Below, piece by piece: positions 1 through 12,206 of a DNA stretch of 64,000 bases. Each line of letters begins with the position of its first letter. Positions within the stretch are counted from its first letter, which is position 1. This DNA comes from Callorhinchus milii (Eukaryota). The stretch spans positions 108,378,001 to 108,442,000 of the forward strand of contig NW_024704743.1 in the NCBI RefSeq assembly GCF_018977255.1, read 5' to 3'. The translations under genes were made by a program, and so were the position numbers. The notes beneath the pieces were generated by a model. That model had not been told where the DNA came from, did no database searches, and saw only the letters and a list, made by a program, of their open reading frames with translations.

Positions 1-149
1 ATCAGAGAGAGCATGAGGGAGAGGGGAAAAGAGAGATCAGAGAGAGGTGAAGTGAGGGTAGGGTTTCCTGGTTCACTGTCAGGAGTGAGGACGGACACCG
101 AGTGCCGTGCAGTTTCCTCAAAGAAAGCTCCCCCTTTCACCAGTGAAAA

Positions 150-430
150 ACTTCTATACGCCTCACCCTATCTCTGCGACCTCCCAACCTGGCCGTTCCC
201 TTTGCAGAGCAAACACCAGCTTACTTCACATCTTTCTCCCCCACCACCCCATCTGCCCTGCCATCGCCATTTTACCCTCTGCTCTCTGGAGTTCCATTCC
301 CGCCGACTCCCTCCCCTCTTTCAAGACACGTCAAGACCTAACTTTTTTATAACGCTTTTGGTCACCTTTTCCCTCCCCGTCCCCATCTCTCAGCCCTCAC
401 CCCCAGTTCAGGTGCCCAGCCGACATTGTT
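150..430 (+). mobile_element. Degenerate L2 LINE 3' fragment
   Basis: ctctggagttccattccc...tctttcaagacacgtcaagacc resembles the 3' ORF end of the L2 copies at 18079 and 52066. Confidence 0.5.
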
Positions 431-932
431 GAGTCCTTCCAAAATTAAAAAGTGCTTTGTAAATGTTGTTATGTTTCTGGAAGGGAAACATAAAATATTG
501 TTTAGGCATCCCGTGGAACTTTCTCAAATAGGGAATCTGGCCTGTGGCAGTCAAAAGGTTGGACCACCCTTATTTACACCATTATGTGGACACTTTGAAA
601 TTTCATTGTTGCTTGAAGTCTAAATTAGCTGCAATCAACATTTAGTATAGATTTTAGGATGGACTGAACACGTGAAACTTAAAATATCGCCTCTCAAAGA
701 TTACTCCCTGCCTTTAATATGATTAATAGGTTAGGTGATATTTGAATTGTAGTGGAATAATGTAAAATTGATCTGGCTAGCCTCAAGATCTTGATCCCAA
801 ATAACGAAGCAGCAGTGCAGGATTATTTTACGTATAACTTGAAGGAACTATTGCAAAATGTATGAAAACTTGCAGTCTTGCTGTTTATTTAAATGTTTCA
901 AATTAAAATATAATGTTATTTTTCTCTTTCAG

Positions 933-2561
933 AATAACAGCTACCCACCAATGTCAGACCCATATATGCCCAGTTACTATGCTCCTTCGATTGGATTTCC
1001 ATATTCACTTGGTGAGGCCCCCTGGTCAACTGGGGGTGACCCTCCAATGCCATACTTGACTGCATATGGACAAATGAGCAATGGTGAGCATCACTTTATA
1101 CCAGATGGTGTATTTAGTCAACCTGGGGCCTTGGGGAGCACCCCACCATTTTTGAATCAGCATGGATTTAATTTTTTTCCTGGAAATGCAGACTTTTCTA
1201 CTTGGGGGGCAAGTGGATCTCAGGGACAGTCAACACAAAGTTCTGCATATAGCAGCAGCTATGGCTACCCACCCAGTTCTCTTGGTAGAGCGATAGCTGA
1301 TGGACAAGCTGGATTTGGCAATGATACTTTGAGCAAGGTGCCTGGTATAAATAGCATTGAGCAAGGTATGCCCGGACTAAAAATTGGAGGAGATATGACA
1401 ACAGCTGTTACTAAAACAGTGGGCTCTGCTCTTAGTGGTACCGGTATCTCCAGTGGCATTGTTGCAAATAACATACCAGCAACAAATAATTCAGCACCTA
1501 AACCAACATCATGGGCTGCTATTGCTAGGAAGCCCGCAAAGCCTCAGCCGAAACTAAAGCCTAAGACTAGTGTGGGAATAGGTGGAGCCGCAGTACCACC
1601 ACCGCCTATAAAACACAACATGAATATTGGCACTTGGGAAGACAAGGGAACTGTGGCCAAAGCCCCACCTACACAGCATGTAATGCCTCCTCAAACTGTT
1701 GTCCAACATCAACTTGTCCAACATCAACTTGTCCAACAGCAGCTTGTCCAACAGCAACTGGTCCAACAGCAACTTGTCCAGCAGCCGATCACAATTCAGA
1801 CTCATCCACCTCAGCAACAGCTGCAGCAGCAGCAAGGGCCTCAGCAACAACAACAGTCCCAAGTTCAGTCACAGCCCCAAAACCGCTGGGTGGCTCCTCG
1901 TAACAGGGCAACAGGTTTTGCTCAGAACAGTGGGACGAATAGTGAGAGCTTTGGTTTGGGTATGGCAACGTTGAGCTCTTCACCATCAGGAATAGATGTA
2001 CACCCTGTGTTGGAAAAACTGAAAGGCATGCACAACTACAACCCCAAAGATTTTGATTGGAGTCTAAAGACTGGGCGAGTATTTATAATTAAAAGCTACT
2101 CTGAGGATGATATACATCGTTCTATCAAGTACTCTATCTGGTGTAGTACTGAGCATGGTAATAAACGCTTGGATGCTGCTTTCCGTTCCCTGAATGGTAA
2201 AGGGCCGCTCTATTTACTTTTTAGTGTAAATGGAAGTGGACATTTTTGTGGAGTGGCTGAGATGAAGTCAGCGGTGGACTACAATGCTTATGCTGGAGTC
2301 TGGTCGCAGGACAAGTGGAAGGGCAAATTTGAGGTTAAGTGGATCTTTGTGAAAGATGTACCGAATAACCAACTGCGACATATTCGATTGGAAAATAATG
2401 ATAACAAGCCGGTTACCAACTCGAGGGACACACAAGAAGTGCCCCTGGAGAAAGCCAAGCAAGTGCTTAAAATAATTGCTACTTACAAGCATACCACCTC
2501 AATCTTTGATGATTTTGCACATTATGAAAAGCGTCAAGAGGAGGAGGAAGCCATACGTAGG
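933..2561 (+). CDS. YTHDF3: YTHDF3 large internal coding exon (P/Q-rich low-complexity region plus complete YTH domain)
   Basis: Acceptor tttctctttcAG at 931-932 and donor AGG|GTAAGG at 2562. 543 codons, phase 0/0, [29 protein letters not shown]...[34 protein letters not shown]...EEEEAIRR. Closely matches remembered vertebrate YTHDF3 ([43 protein letters not shown]). The Trp residues of the aromatic cage are intact. The ORF-track ends (858-932, 2562-2591) are intronic. Confidence 0.97.
1701..1785 (+). repeat. Coding 15-bp tandem repeat (GTCCAACA[T/G]CA[A/G]CT[T/G]) x about 5.6, encoding (VQ[H/Q]QL)n
   Basis: Units start at 1701, 1716, 1731, 1746, 1761 and 1776. Confidence 0.95.
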
Positions 2562-2942
2562 GTAAGGAAAAAATTAACTGGTTCATTTTAAGCCTACAGC
2601 AGCAGTATGGAACTCTCTTTGTTGATACTGTATTCTCCACTTGTGTGGCAATTTGCATGCAGGTGTTTAATAACTTTCCAACAGGTTTTTGTTAGAGTGC
2701 ATAACGTGCAATGGTGCAAAAGATTGTTTATATAACGTAGAAGTCCTATTTACAATTGTGGTCCTACATTGAAGAATTTTAAGACTCAGCAAAGGTAATG
2801 TTCATAACTTTTGAATCAGTGTTGCTTGACTGTTCATTTGTGATTCTTGATAATGAGTTTTGAGTGGGTACTTATTTGGCCTGCATAGCCAAGTCTGATC
2901 TCAACGTGCACACCTTCTATGGATCAGGAACCCACTTAAATA

Positions 2943-3110
2943 AATAATAGCCCTTGAATTTGATATAGCTCCTTTCATTTTAGGAGGACACAATCTTAAA
3001 GTGCTTCACAACANTTTTTTTGCAAAGTGTTGTGATTGCATATTGGCACATGCATGTGGAAGCCAATTTGTACACAACAGTGTCTCATAAAAGGCCATGA
3101 AATGCGAATT
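2943..3110 (-). mobile_element. Degenerate SINE 3' end
   Basis: Reverse complement of the shared SINE tail (gtgaagcacttt...gctatatcaaattcaagggctattatt). Confidence 0.6.
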
Positions 3111-3524
3111 TAGGTGAATTGTGGATTAGTATTTACGAATGACAAGGCAACCACTTGCGCAAAAAAGAAACCTATTTAAATGTTCATAACAGAATCGTAT
3201 TGCTGCACAACATAACAAATATTGAAGTGCATATTGTATTTCTCATTCCCCAACAAACATGACTAATATGCTGTGACACGTTGGGAGATTTAAACGCAGT
3301 GCACAGCAATTTTTTTTAGTTAGCTGCGTCTGACACAAGACGAAACCCATCACCATGTAAAGCATTGTTTTTTTTATGCACATTTAGTTTACAGCAAGGA
3401 TTTGTTTACAATGTTTTACCCAATGCCAACTAATACTGACAAAGTTATTCTTGGTTGGGATGAACTAATAAAAGTTAATGTTGGTTCCAAATATTTAATG
3501 AGTTGTATAGAATATTTTATTCCA

Positions 3525-3636
3525 TGACCAGAAGGGAGATGAAGAGAAACTTTTTACAGAGTTGCTGTGGTCTGGAATGCACTGCCTGAAAGGATAGTGG
3601 GAAAGGATTCAATAATAACTTTCAAAAGGGAATTAG
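3525..3636 (+). mobile_element. CR1 LINE 3' fragment
   Basis: tggaatgcactgcctgaaaggatagtgg...ttcaaaagggaattaga matches the CR1 copy at 56270-56340. Confidence 0.7.
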
Positions 3637-3640
3637 AGTA

Positions 3641-3868
3641 AATTTCCTTACTCCACGTGCCCAATAACAATCCCTCCAAAAAACAAAAACAATAATAAAT
3701 TGGTCATTTTCAATCCACGACTGTATGTGGGACACTGCTGTGCGCAATTGGCTGCTGCGTTTTGCCCACAAGTATACAGTCAATTCACTTCACAGCATAT
3801 TGTGTGCAGAGCTTTGAGACGTCTAGAAGACTTGAAAAGCGCTATATCAAATGCAAGGATTATTATTA
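3641..3868 (+). mobile_element. tRNA-Ala-headed SINE family, 5'-truncated
   Basis: tttccttactccac...caattggctgctgcgttttgcccac...gctatatcaaatgcaaggattattatt. Confidence 0.85.
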
Positions 3869-6800
3869 AGAGTAACCAAACCAACAGAGAGTTCAATACG
3901 TCCTACCTATGCATTGAAATACTGAGATTTTGTTAATGTTGCTTACATAATGCGAAGTTTTAAGTATTGTTTCAAACTACAGAGATACATTTTATTTTTG
4001 ACAGTCTAGTAATGAATACTAATCTTAGTATTTCCATATTTCCTTGCTTTTGGAATATTATATGGCATATTATGATCTTATTTCTCCCTCCTTCCCAACT
4101 TTCACACAAATTAATCTGACACACATTAGTTATTCATCTATTATATTGAGCAAGAATTATGAAAGTTTGTTTCCAATTTTAGAATCTTAAACTGAATCTT
4201 GGTAGATGTATTTTTCAAATACTCTTAATAGTGTAATGTATAATAGTTGCCTGTACTCTCAGTGAAATAAACATTCAAAGTGCACTATTATTGAAGACCA
4301 ATATTCAAAACATTTTGATAATTAGTTATTAGTTACACACTTCTAATATTATCAAGCGCCTTACAATGGGATTGCTAGCGTATTTTCAAATGATTGGCTA
4401 TCAGTAATGACAAATGGATTTGACTTGAGCTGAAGAAAAATAACTAATTAAATAACTGGATGAACTCTGATTGATGCACAGTGTGAAATAGTTGGGCTTT
4501 AGTGTTTAATCTATGTAAAGCTCCTTATACTGGAATTAATATTTTCTCCATTGTGAGTCTTGTGTTCAAGCTTAGACTCGATATAAATGTAAAAGAAAAT
4601 ACAATTTGCTGCCCTCTGAATAATCACAAAGGTCGTCTTAAGACTTCAATACTATAAACAGATTAAGTGCTATACATCCATCATTAAGTATTCGAATCTG
4701 ACAAATTTACAGCAATAATGTCAGGTGAGATGAACACTAACATTTTTCATACCTTGAGTTTCTCAGATTCTAAACCACGTAGCTCTCTGCATTAATATAT
4801 AGAGCAATACATACTAGGTGGTGTGAAGTTGCAACACATAAGTAATATTGTTGCCTGCTGCAGTTTGATTCGCAGCTGTCAGTGAGACTGGCATCAATTG
4901 AAGCCCAAATACTTCCACCTGAGAGGGAAAGTTTAAAAAGTAAATCACAGGATTGAAGTTTGAAAGAAGTTAAAGGAAATTATCAATATGCACAAAGAAG
5001 ATACAAGAGGTGAAAGAAACATATTTAACTGCAGAAAAAAAACATGTGTAGGAAAGTACGCTAATTATGTCCCGACATTTGACTGAAGAATATCTAATTT
5101 TTCTGCTTTTTACAAAGGGTCGAGGATTTCATCTGTTAGGTATTTTTTGCCTTTTGGAACATATACGGTATTTGCATGCATTATTGGAGTGCTATTTACT
5201 TAGCTTTGTCTAGCTGTAAACATTCTGTTCCTTCTGAGAGCCTGTGGGCCATGAAGATAGGACACTTTACCATAGCTACTTGTAAGAACATGGTACGTAA
5301 TAACTTGTCAGTCATTTGCAAATTAATTCTCATTTCAAATTCAGTGTTTTAGAAAAAAATCTTGAAGTTGTACATCCAAAATTTTAGCTTTATTTTGCTT
5401 CACTGCTTCGTAGACCTTTGTATAAAGAATGTGCCAGAGCTGTCCCTGAATAGGTCTGATTCTTGTTGGATCATATATGTCCATAATGTTCTAACGTAAA
5501 AAAGTCCTGGAAATGTTCTCTTGATGAAATTTGTAAAATAGTCAGTCATTGTTGAAATCGTCCTACCAAAATGTGCTTTCCGAGTCAAAATGGGAAAGGA
5601 ATTGTTTTGTCAGTAATGGATCTAATATTCAGTGTAGAGATTTAGAGGGTGGAAGGTTAAGAGAATACTTTGAGCCTTCCTTGCTGATGCCTGAAATGTA
5701 TCTGTAGATTTGTAGATCTCTTTCTCCAACGGCTTCGTCGAATGCTATTTTTGGTATCTGTTCAGAGGTCTTAAATTACTGGAAGTATATAGTCAGATCT
5801 TAAGACAGTTTTTTTTGTTGTAGGTAAGATGAAACGACGGTACACATATAGCATACAGTATGGAACCTGCATCCATACTTATTGTGCAAAACTGGTTATT
5901 ATGAATTGGATCAAACTTATAAATGAAGCTTTTCATCAGTAGGGCCTGAACACTACTTACCGTATTTTCTGAAAAACAAATGCAGAAATTGAATAAAAAT
6001 TGTTCAGCCAAAAATAAAACCAAAAGAATTTAATAAAAATGCTGGATCAGCCACTCTATCATTATGGCGAGGTAAGCAGTCTTTTTTGAAGTTGAGCTGG
6101 CTCCAAGGTAACTTGCTTGGCAATGGAATATCAGATTCAGGTCAACCCTCGGTAGTTAGGTTCGTAAACTAGACAGGTCCACAGTAATAATAATAATCGT
6201 TGTATTTGATATAAAACCTTATTATGTCATCGAGACGTCTAGCATGCTTTGTATTTACACTAAAGTGGAATGACTGTATTTTTTATGGGCGAAATTTAAA
6301 AAAAGTATGCCAAGATACTGCTGATGACAGACTAGCCAGCCTGGCTTGTTGGCAGGACTTGGAGGAGCAGATTGGTCACCGGGGAGGCAGGGATTCTTCC
6401 CACTTGGCTCCTTTTAATCCTAACAGATAGGGTGGACCTCCTGCTGGATAAGCAGCAGGAGGCTTACCAAACAGTGCTCACAATGGTAGGATTCCAGACA
6501 CGGAAATTTCCATGTGTGCATAGGTATAACTGTCTGATTTAGATACTCATTTCAGCGATAAGATTCTAAAGAAAAAGTAGTGTTTGAATAATAGTGTTGT
6601 CTTGCATTTTTAAATCTTTTTGGTAAAAATTGGGCATGCTTGGTTTAGAAATATGGTTTAAAAATGACCTCGTTTTCTCCACCAACCATTAGGAAAATCT
6701 TAATATTCAGACGAAAGAAAGTTTCTAGTATAACGCCTTTGTGTGAGAAAATTATAGATCACTCTAAACAAATAAACACTTGGTGTTTGTCAAAGTTTAC

Positions 6801-8028
6801 TCATATTTAGAGTTCTAAAATCCAAATTGAATCATCTAAGTATAATTTGGTAAAAGTGTTGCTAGTTGTTTCTAGTGGGCTTTACAGATGTAGTACACAC
6901 CAGGTAGGAAGAAATCAGTAAGAAAGCACTGCACAGAAAGTGATATCAGTGGCAACCTGACGGCAGCAAATTTTTTAGCTCCATGCCAGAAGTGTATCGC
7001 ATTTCTGGTAACCTTACATCTATAGGGCACCCACATCATAAGCAGACCTGCACTCTAGCCAGGAGTTTAACAACAGAGTCCTGATCTGAGGAGTTTGATC
7101 CACCCTCATAAAGAGGAGTGCAAAAACTAGAATACAGAACTACCTTGAGCCCTGTCTCAGACAGCTTGGAGAGACAATCCGGCCAGCTGACTTGCTCGGG
7201 CAATAATGATGCAAGGAATTGGGTCCATATCATCCTTTGATGATTAGGTATCTGGATTATGAGGTGGGGATAAGGGTTTTTTCGGCGCAACCCAAGTTCC
7301 TGTTTGTGGAACGTGAGTCTGTTTAATTTGGCTCAGTGGAGTGAATAGGGAAAACCTCGCTCGCCAAAAAAAACAGGGTTGCTCTGCAGCAAGTTTGCAA
7401 CAATTCGTTGCAGATAAATATTTTTTCAGGCGGTCATTTCCTTGCATATTCAACACAATTTGGCGATTATAAAGGGTTAGTTTTAGTTGAGGATTGTTTG
7501 ATTAGAGCATTGCCATTCAATTCTTTGTCAAATATTGTGATTTTAAAATGCTTTGTTAAACTTTAAAGTTCACTTATTATGAATAAGTGGCACACAATTA
7601 AATGTACATTGGGCCTTTCATGTTAACTAAGTATTCTGAGGAAGGGGGAAGTTGGAAAACTAATTTACATCCAGTGATCCGAATCTTGAGTTTCATGTTA
7701 CAGTGCAGCAAATAATCTACTTAAAAAATAATAAAAGATAAGTAAGAATATATACTATTGAACAACAGTTGCAATTTTATTGGTAAATGTCAATGTGACT
7801 GAAGCGAAGTCATGTCAAGTTTTTTTTTAAAAAAATTGCTTCTTTAAACTATTTAAATTGATATCTGTTTGTTTATATGTACACATAGTTGCTCAACATT
7901 TCATTCTGCTTATCCTTCATCTGTAAAGAATTTCATTAATTTCTAAGGAATTTCATCCATTTGAGGCTTTTTGCACCTTGCAAATTTTTAGTTACTTGTG
8001 ATGGAAATAAAGTTTGTGCATAGCAGTG

Positions 8029-8290
8029 CCCATTTGGGTACACCGATGTCCCACAAACAGCCATGGAGTGAGTGACCAATTTTATTTTGGGGGGATTGTT
8101 GGCCAGGACACTGGGAGAAACTCCCTTCTCTTTTCGAATAGTCCCATGGGATCTTTAACATCTACCTGAACTGGTTGCCAAGATTTTCCCACACAAATAT
8201 AGTCAATCCACTTTACAGTATATCCCGCGAAGCGCTTTGAGACATGTCAAAGGTGTGATGCGGTGCTATATCAAATGCAAGGGCTATTAT
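8029..8290 (+). mobile_element. DeuSINE-type SINE with inverted 5' segment
   Basis: 8029-8172 is the antisense Deu core and 8173-8290 is the sense 3' end with tail. Confidence 0.8.
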
Positions 8291-8375
8291 ATGGTACCTA
8301 TTCAAGTCAAGTATGAAATGATTTATGCTTTGGGGACAACAAAGGCTTAAAAAGATGTTTGTATTGTTTTTGCAG

Positions 8376-8396
8376 GAGCGGAACCGAAGCAAATAA
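8376..8396 (+). CDS. YTHDF3: YTHDF3 terminal coding exon segment (ERNRSK-stop)
   Basis: Acceptor gtattgtttttgcAG at 8374-8375, then GAG CGG AAC CGA AGC AAA TAA. In phase with the previous exon and homologous to the human C-terminus ERNRNKQ*. Confidence 0.93.
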   Translation, partial: ERNRSK

Positions 8397-9924
8397 CTGT
8401 AGAGCTGCTCTTCTAGAACTACAACACTAATGATACAGACCTTGGAAATGCCTGGTATATCCAAGGAACAATGGTTATTGGAACTTTTCTGCTCGAGGCA
8501 TCCTCTTGTGAACACTCTTGAACTTTTGAGATTGGCTTTCCTTGTTGGTTCTCATTGCTGTGTTTGCCCTTATACTCTTGTCTCACAAAACACACTTGAG
8601 CGCTGTTAACTTTGTCAAGCACTTTCTACCTTCCTAAAGCTTTTATCAATAACTGATGTCTTTCTAAATTCAACCTCTTAGTTGAAATCCAGAAGATTGA
8701 GTGAATGTGAGAAACCATTTTAACTTTTTGGGATTTGTTTAATACTAACAATTAACAAGTGTAGTTGGGTCAATATGAGGTTTCACATTGCTTTGCTCTT
8801 CAGCCTATATTTTTGTGTTGTAGGATTTATTTTTAATTTGTTAATTTTAGCTCAACAAACCCAATTTGGATATCATGCCATATTTAGTTTTAACTAATGA
8901 ATCCAAACATTATGCCTATGTGAAAACTATTGTAGTAAATGAAGCAAATTGTCAGTTAATATTTTGCCAATGTGAAACCAACCAGAAGTTATGCAAGATT
9001 TTCTTTTCCTGAAATGATCTCCTGGTTTTAAATTTTGTTTTCTTTACTAAAAATGATTAATATGCAACTCAGTGGATATCATACCGCTTGAGTGGAATGT
9101 TTATTTTTCTTGTACTATGGATTATGACAATAGGCTCAGAAAAATGCATTTGTGTGTTGGAGGAGTTGCTGGTTGTTTGATGCCACCCACCATTGATAAA
9201 ATTGTCTACAGTAAGTGTACCTCCACTTGATTTGAACTTTTTAGACTTGTGTAATGTCATTTAAATACTAGCTTTGAATGTTTGCCTCTGGCAGATTACT
9301 ATCATGGAAGTAAAGATTTTTCTCCTAGTTGATTCACTAGCTTAATAAATACAATACTTGTTTAGCAAGTGTTATGGCATCAATTAATTTGCAATGTGGG
9401 TTCACACATTTCATGTTTCTGTATACTCCTTTACAAGTATGGAAACCAACCAGTCTGGGAGACCACTGAACCCATGGGCTCCTACTTACACTACAGCTGT
9501 ATTGGATCTGATTGCCTTAATTTATAATAACGTATTCTCAGAAGATACCAATACACTAAGGAAAACATGCAATTGTTTTACAAGCACAAAACATAAATCA
9601 CTGTTTCTATTGCTGAAGATCATTTGACTTACTGTAAAGCACAACATTGCATTCTCCTAAATTTGAGTTTGGCAATACCAAACTCGATTCTGGAGATGTT
9701 GTGTGCTTATATCTTACAAAATTAGGGTTCCATGTGCCTTCCATATTCAGGAGTATGGTTCCCTACTAGTTCAAATCTGTACTGTTGTAAAACTGAGGGC
9801 TTAGCCAATAACCCATCTTTTTGTTTTATTTGTTAAAAGGTAGTGCATATTCTGGCATTCATTGGATAAATTTAGTGTTTACAGAGTGTAAAATAACACA
9901 TATGAGATCCAAGCAACCGTTCAT

Positions 9925-9987
9925 GTATAATATATATTTATATATATATATATCTTTCTCTTTATATATACACATATATATGTGTGA
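9925..9987. repeat. Imperfect (TA)n microsatellite in the 3'UTR
   Basis: tatatatttatatatatatatatctttctctttatatatacacatatatatgtgtg. Confidence 0.85.
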
Positions 9988-11211
9988 AAAATGCTGGAAA
10001 ATTGTAGTAAAATAGAAATGCAGAAAATTCAGTTACTTAGCATCTGAATAAGAAAAAAAAGGATATTTTAGGTACGAGATCTACATCAGATCTAATATGT
10101 CTAATTTCTGTTCAGTTACTATTTAGAGAAAGCCCTGATTCAAGCATAGTAATTGACAAACTGGTCCATCATGTCAACTGTCATCAACTGGTGCATTTCT
10201 GCCCAAGACTTTTACTCGTATATATGTGAAGTGTAAAGTCTAGTTTATTTCACAGCAGTAGATGAGCCTATTTCTCTATATAGAAGTACTCTTTCACAAA
10301 TTTTTAAATGTAAAAGACCCCTTGGTTTTCCCTTTGACATTTGACAAACTTACTCCTTCTGTTTCCACTTGGTCAGCCCGAATAAGAGACTGCAACAGTA
10401 TTGAAAAATTGCACGTGAACTAATTCCATTCTAGTACTGTAGTTGTGTTTTAAAAATATTGCTTTAATAAAATGAGTTCAGAAGCCTCATTCCACATGTG
10501 CTTAGTATCCATTTATCTCCAGGATCATGGTTTGAACTCATACATTTGGTGCATAACCCCTATAACATTATACCAGCACCAGTGTGGCTTAACTCTTAAG
10601 TGATTCACAACAAAAGAACATGCAGCTGGGAGCTTTATCATGACAAGGTTCCATATTTTTATGATGGTAAGGATTTAATTTAAATGTTAATCTACCGCCT
10701 TTTAACTTGTGTCTTGGAACAGTGCTTAAATTGTGGGGTAACAAGCAAGAGAATGTTAAGAAAAATGGAATTTGCAGTGAAAACTCATGTGTACAGCATT
10801 GTATCTATTGTATTAAAATGAAATTATTGCATGAGTGAAAAATATGCACAAGAGTTTTTGCTTCAGAACACTATTCCATTTGTTAGCTGGAACTTACTGT
10901 GTGAAAGAATGTCAAGTCCTGGGGCTTTTGTATACCCTAGTGGGAATCCTTCTGTTGGTGTTGTGTTGGTGTGACTCGTTTTTGTTTAGTGAAAGTAATT
11001 TTGGAATAGATTTATAAAACTGAACTTTTATTATTCAGGTAATTACCCAGGAAACACAGGAAAGTTGTAACCATAAATTTTAAATCTCATAATGTTTAGA
11101 CAAAAGTAGAATTCAGGCAAAATCTGTCACATCCAGTGGTTTTCTTCTGGTATGCAACTTGAAAATTGACCTTGTGTAGTCGTACTAAAAATTGTTGTTT
11201 TCTCTTACATA

Positions 11212-11217
11212 AATAAA
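11212..11217 (+). terminator. Likely distal polyadenylation signal AATAAA
   Basis: cttacataAATAAAacataatttacatg with downstream T-rich elements (ttactttattttt). Other AATAAA at 9344 and 10466 may be alternative sites. Confidence 0.65.
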
Positions 11218-12206
11218 ACATAATTTACATGTTACTCCATTTACTTTATTTTTATTGGGAACATCCCGTTTTTCGTTTTGGTTTAAGCTGGGTGAACGGG
11301 GAAGAGAAGGTGGAGATTCGGATGGTCATTTTGCTCTTGTTGAAGGTTAAACAACAAAGTTGAACCTTATTTTATTGTTCAAGGCTCCAAGTAGATGTTT
11401 CAATTGAACAAAACCCTTTGAAGATTTAGGTCATAACCTATTCTATGCTCTCTTCATTTCAATGATTATCATCCCCCCCAAAATATTAAAGTGACAAAGT
11501 TTCACTGGTAGATACCTGGGCAGCCGATTGACATGCTTCATAACTATATTCAGGTTAAAGATCCTGTATAATGTATTTTTTTTAACGTTGTTTATTCAGT
11601 TGATCAGTGTTAAGAATGGAATTTTTGACACCTAGATTAGCAACCAGCAATTTCACGTCTGATCAAGACAGTCCATATTGGAGGAAGAGCTTTGCGCTAA
11701 TCTGTATTAATGATATATCCAATCTCAAAATTTTCTTCGATGCAATAGTGTGACATTTTAATTTCCTTTTATTGAGAACTTTTCTGAAAGGCCAAATAGT
11801 ACATTCCATCATCAAGGTTGAAAAGAGTAGCAGAGTAAACAAGAAGTTAAGTAGAAAGAAGGTGATATGAAGCTTGGATTTTCAAACACTTGTAGGGGAT
11901 TTTAATCCAGACAAAAAGACATTAAGAGAAGTATTAATGAAAAACTAGTTGAAAGGGGAATTGTATGATCAGTGGGCGAATCACTGGGCAATACTAAGGA
12001 AATTGTGAGGAAAGTATATAAAGTACTTTACAAATATGACGTGATGACAAAGGAATATATAATTGGAACGTCCTCCTGATGTAAAAGGCGCTATACAAAT
12101 GTAATCTTGTTGTTGTATACAGCATGCCTATACAGATTAGGGGAAAATGTAAGGTTTAAGAATTGAATGCTGCCATTGCTGTGCCTGATTGCAGATCTTG
12201 GTGTTT

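Larger units (their letters stand above)
8397..11240 (+). other. YTHDF3: Probable YTHDF3 3'UTR
   Basis: Follows the stop codon. AT-rich and free of recognisable SINE/LINE, unlike the flanking DNA. Ends at AATAAA (11212-11217) followed by a T-rich tract. Confidence 0.75.

Noticed and set aside
1198..2492. Antisense and alternate-frame ORFs overlapping YTHDF3
   Set aside because: These are by-products of the coding exon and its Q repeat.
858..2591. 577-aa ORF as a single-exon gene or retrocopy
   Set aside because: Canonical splice sites at 932 and 2562 delimit the homology, and the downstream exon exists at 8376. The MYENL... and VRKKLTGSF ends are intronic read-through.
3014..3014. Single N base
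   Set aside because: Assembly ambiguity next to a T run, not biological.
11890..11910. VGDFN endonuclease-like motif
   Set aside because: Isolated five-residue match with no supporting frame.
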